This document shows positions 59,391-64,000 of a stretch of DNA of 64,000 bases, in pieces. Each line of letters starts with the position of its first letter. The stretch's first letter is position 1. The position numbers and the translations under genes were made by a program. Under the pieces are notes generated by a model. The model made no database searches. It saw only the letters and a list, made by a program, of their open reading frames with translations, and was not told the origin of the DNA. This DNA is from an uncultured Erysipelotrichia bacterium (GTDB lineage Bacteria > Bacillota_I > Bacilli_A > JBKEDG01): assembly GCA_964593055.1 (NCBI GenBank), contig CAZQIG010000004.1, forward strand, positions 52,512-116,511, written 5' to 3'.

Positions 59391-59414
59391 TTGTATAGAT
59401 TATTCTTTTTTTTT
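59383..59414 (+). terminator. Terminator after citF
   Basis: AAGAATAAT / ATTATTCTT stem followed by a T run. Confidence 0.55.
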
Positions 59415-59567
59415 ACTTTTTTTTAAGAAATGTCAAGAAAAATGTTATAAAAAGTTAAAAAATAATAATAATCAAAGTAAAAAAGGTTATAATTATATAG
59501 TATTATATATAATAAAAAAGCACGTTCGTGTTTTATTATTATTAGTTTTGAGGTAAGGGGAGTTTAA

Positions 59568-61694
59568 ATGAGTAAGAAAAGGGTTTTAAAAATAGAGGAG
59601 TTGGAAAAAGAATATTATTTAGGGGAAGATTCATATCCAGTCATCAAGTCTTTGAATTTAGAATTACGCGATCATGAATTTACTGCTTTATATGGTGAAA
59701 GTGGAAGTGGTAAATCAACTTTGATGAATGTTATCGGGGGATTAGACATTTTTCAAAGTGGGGAAATTTATATTGAGGATGATTTGCTTTCTAAGTTCAG
59801 TGCATCAGATTTTGATTTTTATCGAAATAAAAGAATTGGGTTTGTTTTTCAAGAATTTAATCTTTTAGAAAATTTAACATTAGTTGAAAATGTAATGATG
59901 CCGATGATTATTGGTGGACTTAATAAGAAAAAACGTAAACAAAGAGCAATTGAATTATTAAAAGTTGTTGGATTACAAGATCATTTAAAAAAGAAGGCTA
60001 GTCAGTTGAGCGGGGGACAAAAACAACGTGTAGCTATTGCACGAGCTTTAGCTAACAATCCTGACATTATTATTGCAGATGAACCAACGGGAGCTTTAGA
60101 TTCTAAGACGTCAGAAGAAATATTATTATTGCTTCAAAAAGTTGCTAGTATGGGAAAATGTGTTTTGACTATTACACACAGTCAAAGAGTAAGTGAATAT
60201 GCTAATCGTATTTTGACACTTGAAGATGGATTAGTCATTAATGATGAAACAATACGTGATAATTTTCAAGAAATTGATGTTGCTTTACCTGAAGTAATTA
60301 AAGTTGAAAGACCTAAATTAGGATTGATAAGTGCTGTAAAGTTAGCTCATCGAAATTTGATGAGTAAAAAAATTCGTACGATTCTTGTTTCAGTAGGTGT
60401 TAGTTTAGGTATTACGGGTTCTTTATTGATTAGTTCTTTAAGTCAAAGTGCAATTAGTAGTGTTAATAATGTGGAGTATATGATTGCTTCAGCACAAAAT
60501 ATGACAGAAATTGATGTTTCAAGAATAGATGGGGATAATTTAGGAAATAATGGTATTTTTACAGAAGATGGCGAATTATTAGTTGATGTAGCGCAAGTTT
60601 TTGAAGGATATGATGATTTAGAAGCTGTGCAAAAAAAATACGGTATTAATTTAATTAATGATTTAACTAGTTATCATAAGTTATTAGAAGATGCTAGTGA
60701 GGAACAAATAAAAGAACATTATAGTGATTATTATGATTTTCAAGTTGGTGTTGATTATCGTAATCTTAAAGATATTAAAATTGAATATGGAAGAGAACCC
60801 CTTAGTGAAACAGAAATAGTTTTTGATGGTTCCATAACAGTATTATTAGAAAATCCACAGTTATTTGATTTAACAGAAGAAGAAATTATGAACTTTTTTC
60901 AAGGTGATTTAGAAAAAGGTAGTCCTGAATATATCCGTTTTGAAAAATTAGTATTAGAAGAAATAATTGATCGTGAATTCGTGATGTTAGATAATGAAGG
61001 AAATGAGCTTGTTTTTACAGTTGTTGGTAGTGAACCTTTAAAGATTTTTTCTTTAGGTGAGTATAATTTTAATGTGATTTTTGAAATTTCAGAAAAATTA
61101 ATTACTAGTGATTACAATGCTGTTTGGCATCATGATACTATTATGATCGCTATTTTTAAAACAGAAGAGGCATGCTTAGCTTTTCTAGAATCATTTGATA
61201 ATTTTAGTACTTTAGAAATTGGTAATTATTTATATTATTCATCAGATATGCGAGTTATTTTTGATATGGTTAAATCAATTTTATTAATTATGCGTAATTC
61301 ATTATTTTCGTTAATCTCTATTTCTTTAATAGTATCGGTTTTTATGGTTAGTATTATCGTTTATATTTCTACAGTAGAGCGAAAACGAGAAATTGGTACG
61401 TTAAGAGCTATTGGTGCTCGTAAGCGCGATATTTTTTCAATTTTTACGAGTGAAGGTGTATTATTAGGAACGTATGCTTTTACAATTGCTTTTATTTCTA
61501 TTTTCCTTTTTACAAATACAATTAATTTCTTATATCAAAAATTATATTCTTTAAATACCGACTTAATAGTTTTATCACCACCATGGGTTATTGGAATTTT
61601 TGTTTTAATCATTACTATTATGTTTATTGCATCTATTATGCCAGCACTTAATGCTTCTAGGCAAAATCCTACTGATGCATTAAGGGAGGAATAA
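59568..61694 (+). CDS. MacB/FtsX-type ABC transporter, ATPase-permease fusion
   Basis: GESGSGKST, LSGGQKQRVAIARAL, ADEPTGALD; C-terminal ERKREIGTLRAIGA FtsX-like permease. Confidence 0.92.
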   Translation: MSKKRVLKIEELEKEYYLGEDSYPVIKSLNLELRDHEFTALYGESGSGKSTLMNVIGGLDIFQSGEIYIEDDLLSKFSASDFDFYRNKRIGFVFQEFNLLENLTLVENVMMPMIIGGLNKKKRKQRAIELLKVVGLQDHLKKKASQLSGGQKQRVAIARALANNPDIIIADEPTGALDSKTSEEILLLLQKVASMGKCVLTITHSQRVSEYANRILTLEDGLVINDETIRDNFQEIDVALPEVIKVERPKLGLISAVKLAHRNLMSKKIRTILVSVGVSLGITGSLLISSLSQSAISSVNNVEYMIASAQNMTEIDVSRIDGDNLGNNGIFTEDGELLVDVAQVFEGYDDLEAVQKKYGINLINDLTSYHKLLEDASEEQIKEHYSDYYDFQVGVDYRNLKDIKIEYGREPLSETEIVFDGSITVLLENPQLFDLTEEEIMNFFQGDLEKGSPEYIRFEKLVLEEIIDREFVMLDNEGNELVFTVVGSEPLKIFSLGEYNFNVIFEISEKLITSDYNAVWHHDTIMIAIFKTEEACLAFLESFDNFSTLEIGNYLYYSSDMRVIFDMVKSILLIMRNSLFSLISISLIVSVFMVSIIVYISTVERKREIGTLRAIGARKRDIFSIFTSEGVLLGTYAFTIAFISIFLFTNTINFLYQKLYSLNTDLIVLSPPWVIGIFVLIITIMFIASIMPALNASRQNPTDALREE

Positions 61695-61696
61695 TT

Positions 61697-63712
61697 ATGC
61701 TATTGATAAAAGATGTTGTTAAAAAGTATTATATGAGTCGTCAAAGAAAATATACGGCTTTAAAAGGAATAAATTTAGAAATTTCAGAAGAAAATATGAT
61801 TGCTATTATGGGAGAAAGTGGAAGTGGTAAAAGTACCTTAGTTAATATGATTTCTACTTTAGATACTCCTTCAAAAGGGCATGTTAGTTTTAATGATGAA
61901 AAAATAACTTTTTCTAACGATCGTCGTAAATCAGAATATCGTAAAGAAAATATTGGATTTGTTTTTCAAACATTTAATTTACTAAATGATATTAGTGTGT
62001 TAGAAAATGTAGCTATTGCAATGGAAATAGCTGGTGTTCAAGAAAAACCACGTTTTAAGCGCGCCCAAGAATTGTTAGAGCTTGTAGGATTAAAAGATCA
62101 TTTAAAGAAAAAACCAGGACAATTGAGCGGGGGACAAAAACAACGTGTAGCAATAGCTAGAGCACTAGCTAATAATCCTAAAATAATTTTAGCAGATGAA
62201 CCAACGGGAGCTCTAGATTCAAGAACTTCTAAAGAAATTATGAGTTTATTAAAAAGTTTAGTAACTGATGATCGTAAATTGATTATTGTCACGCATGATA
62301 AAAAAGTTGCTAATTACTGTGAAAGAATTATTGTACTTGATGATGGAGAAATTGTTAGTGATGAAAAAATTGAAGCTGTACAGTTGCCAACAGTTGAATT
62401 ACCTAAACCAGTTGAAAAATCAAGTAAAGGATTAACGTTTAAAGGAATTTATAAGCTATCAATAAGTGCTTTAAAACGTCGTTTGAAAAGAACAATTGTT
62501 ATCTCACTTGGGACAGCTATAGCATTATCTTCATTATTAATTGTTAATTTTGCTGACTCTACTATTTATAATCATGTAGATAAGATAAGAGGACTTTATG
62601 GTAATGGACAATTAGTAAATAGTAGCTTTTACTTGATGAATTATGAATCAATTCCTCAATATGAAAAAAAGATAGGTATAACTGATGATAAACGTGTAAT
62701 CTCAAGAGTTCCTGTAAAGGAATGGTATTTGATTGAGAGTTCACAACATTATATTACAACAATTGTAGAAGGTGAAGAAGTTCCACAACCAGCAATTGCT
62801 AAATGGATGTTTCCAGATCCTATAGAAACTTTTGGGACAGGTGATTTAGCTTTAGGAACTGTTCCTAAAGCTAAAAATGAGGTTGCAATTTCACAATTTT
62901 TTGTTGATAAATTAGGATATACGGGAAAAGATGCGATTGGTAAGACATTTACACTAACTTCTTTAGTAAGTGATTATAATAATAATGATACTTTGGAAGA
63001 AGTGGAAAATGAATTTGTAATAACTGGTATTTTTTCTGAAAAGTCATTTAAAAATAGAGGAATGCAAGTATATTTAACTTATGAATTTACATTAGATTTT
63101 GAAGAAGCTTATTTCCAAGAAAAACCTAAAGATCAAAATAATGTTCAAATAGTTAGCGGAAAAGTTTTATATGAAGTTAATGAAAAAGATTTGAATCAAT
63201 TTATTGATGATTACAAAGTATTAAATAGTAGTGATGGAGATGCTGTTTATATGTCTGGAGACATTGAAGAGTTAGATGGAGTTATTGAAATTTTAAATAT
63301 CGTGTTTGTCGTATTTAATTTCGTGCTTGCTGTTTCTTTACTAGTAGCTGCTATTATGATTGGAATTATGCTTTATATTAGTATTTTAGAAAGAATGCGT
63401 GAAATAGGAGTTTTAAGAGCAATTGGGGCTAGAGTACGTGATATTAGACGTATGTTTTATTTAGAAGCTTTAGTAATAGGAGTATTTGCGGGAATATTTG
63501 CAATAATTATTTCTTTAATTGGTGGTTATATCGGAGTAGAAATTTCTAATCACACAATTTCATATACATTAGGAGAAATGGAGCTTTTTGTACATTTTTC
63601 TGCAATCGTGATAGGCTTCTTACTAAGTATTGTCTTAGCAATTGGGGCAAGCGCTATTTCAATTGCAATGGGATTAAGAATCACACCAGTCGAAGCTTTA
63701 AGAAGAAAATAG
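61697..63712 (+). CDS. MacB/FtsX-type ABC transporter, ATPase-permease fusion (paralogue)
   Basis: Same motif set; ERMREIGVLRAIGA; P.EALR end. Confidence 0.92.
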   Translation: MLLIKDVVKKYYMSRQRKYTALKGINLEISEENMIAIMGESGSGKSTLVNMISTLDTPSKGHVSFNDEKITFSNDRRKSEYRKENIGFVFQTFNLLNDISVLENVAIAMEIAGVQEKPRFKRAQELLELVGLKDHLKKKPGQLSGGQKQRVAIARALANNPKIILADEPTGALDSRTSKEIMSLLKSLVTDDRKLIIVTHDKKVANYCERIIVLDDGEIVSDEKIEAVQLPTVELPKPVEKSSKGLTFKGIYKLSISALKRRLKRTIVISLGTAIALSSLLIVNFADSTIYNHVDKIRGLYGNGQLVNSSFYLMNYESIPQYEKKIGITDDKRVISRVPVKEWYLIESSQHYITTIVEGEEVPQPAIAKWMFPDPIETFGTGDLALGTVPKAKNEVAISQFFVDKLGYTGKDAIGKTFTLTSLVSDYNNNDTLEEVENEFVITGIFSEKSFKNRGMQVYLTYEFTLDFEEAYFQEKPKDQNNVQIVSGKVLYEVNEKDLNQFIDDYKVLNSSDGDAVYMSGDIEELDGVIEILNIVFVVFNFVLAVSLLVAAIMIGIMLYISILERMREIGVLRAIGARVRDIRRMFYLEALVIGVFAGIFAIIISLIGGYIGVEISNHTISYTLGEMELFVHFSAIVIGFLLSIVLAIGASAISIAMGLRITPVEALRRK

Positions 63713-63760
63713 ACTACAAATGTAGTCTTTTTTTATAAAAAAAAGTGGGAATCCCACTTT
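63711..63760. terminator. Back-to-back terminators between convergent genes
   Basis: AGACTAC-AAAT-GTAGTCT plus T run (+ strand) and AAAGTGGG-AAT-CCCACTTT with upstream A run (- strand). Confidence 0.75.
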
Positions 63761-64000
63761 AATCAAAATAGCTACAAAGTCCACCTTCAAGATTAATAAC
63801 CTTATAACCTAAACTATCTAAATAATCTGCAACTTGTAAGCTTCTTTTACCTGATAAACACATAATATAATATGTTTCATCTTTATTTAAATATTGTTCA
63901 AATGTTTCAATAAATTCACTTGTAGGAATATTAATTGTATTAGGTAAGCTATGATCAGCATACTCACTTCTTTCACGTACATCAATAATTTTAATATCAT
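63759..64000 (-). CDS. Rhodanese-like domain protein (5' end outside the window; not in ORF track)
   Basis: Translated by hand: ...IIDVRERSEYADHSLPNTINIP...YYIMCLSGKRS...LGYKVINLEGG... Confidence 0.9.
   Translation of the reverse strand, partial: DIKIIDVRERSEYADHSLPNTINIPTSEFIETFEQYLNKDETYYIMCLSGKRSLQVADYLDSLGYKVINLEGGLCSYFD

Overview
AT-rich (roughly 30% GC) chromosome segment of an anaerobic, amino-acid-fermenting low-GC Bacillota/Bacilli-type bacterium using genetic code 11; almost all genes are on the + strand. Housekeeping content: 3' part of ffh, rsmG-noc-yggS-parA-parB-mscS-DUF951-abgT-ychF-ecfA1A2T-truA, rplM-rpsI, the complete S10-spc-alpha ribosomal protein superoperon and a six-tRNA cluster. 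Metabolic content: an oxidative ornithine (Stickland) operon alr-ord-ortAB-oraSE, a branched-chain 2-oxoacid:ferredoxin oxidoreductase operon, and a B12-dependent glutamate/methylaspartate operon followed by citDEF-like genes. The highlight is an accessory block at about 22.2-29.0 kb. It holds a TPR-like/DUF2971 gene, a pyrimidine-dimer glycosylase-like gene and a highly divergent 1163-aa Cas13a-like (type VI-A) effector with two HEPN RxxxxH motifs, the second non-canonical (RKNFAH). A CRISPR array follows 45 bp later (7 intact 36-bp repeats plus 1 truncated repeat, 7 spacers) with a non-canonical Cas13a-type repeat and no cas1/cas2. Two, possibly three, adjacent spacers are antisense to sequences that translate into DNA-methyltransferase-like motifs. 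Other candidates: a C-rich-loop sRNA upstream of an orphan response regulator (51.3-51.4 kb) and a structured, terminator-ended leader in front of the glutamate mutase operon (52.2-52.35 kb). All calls are by-eye motif recognition; no database searches were run.
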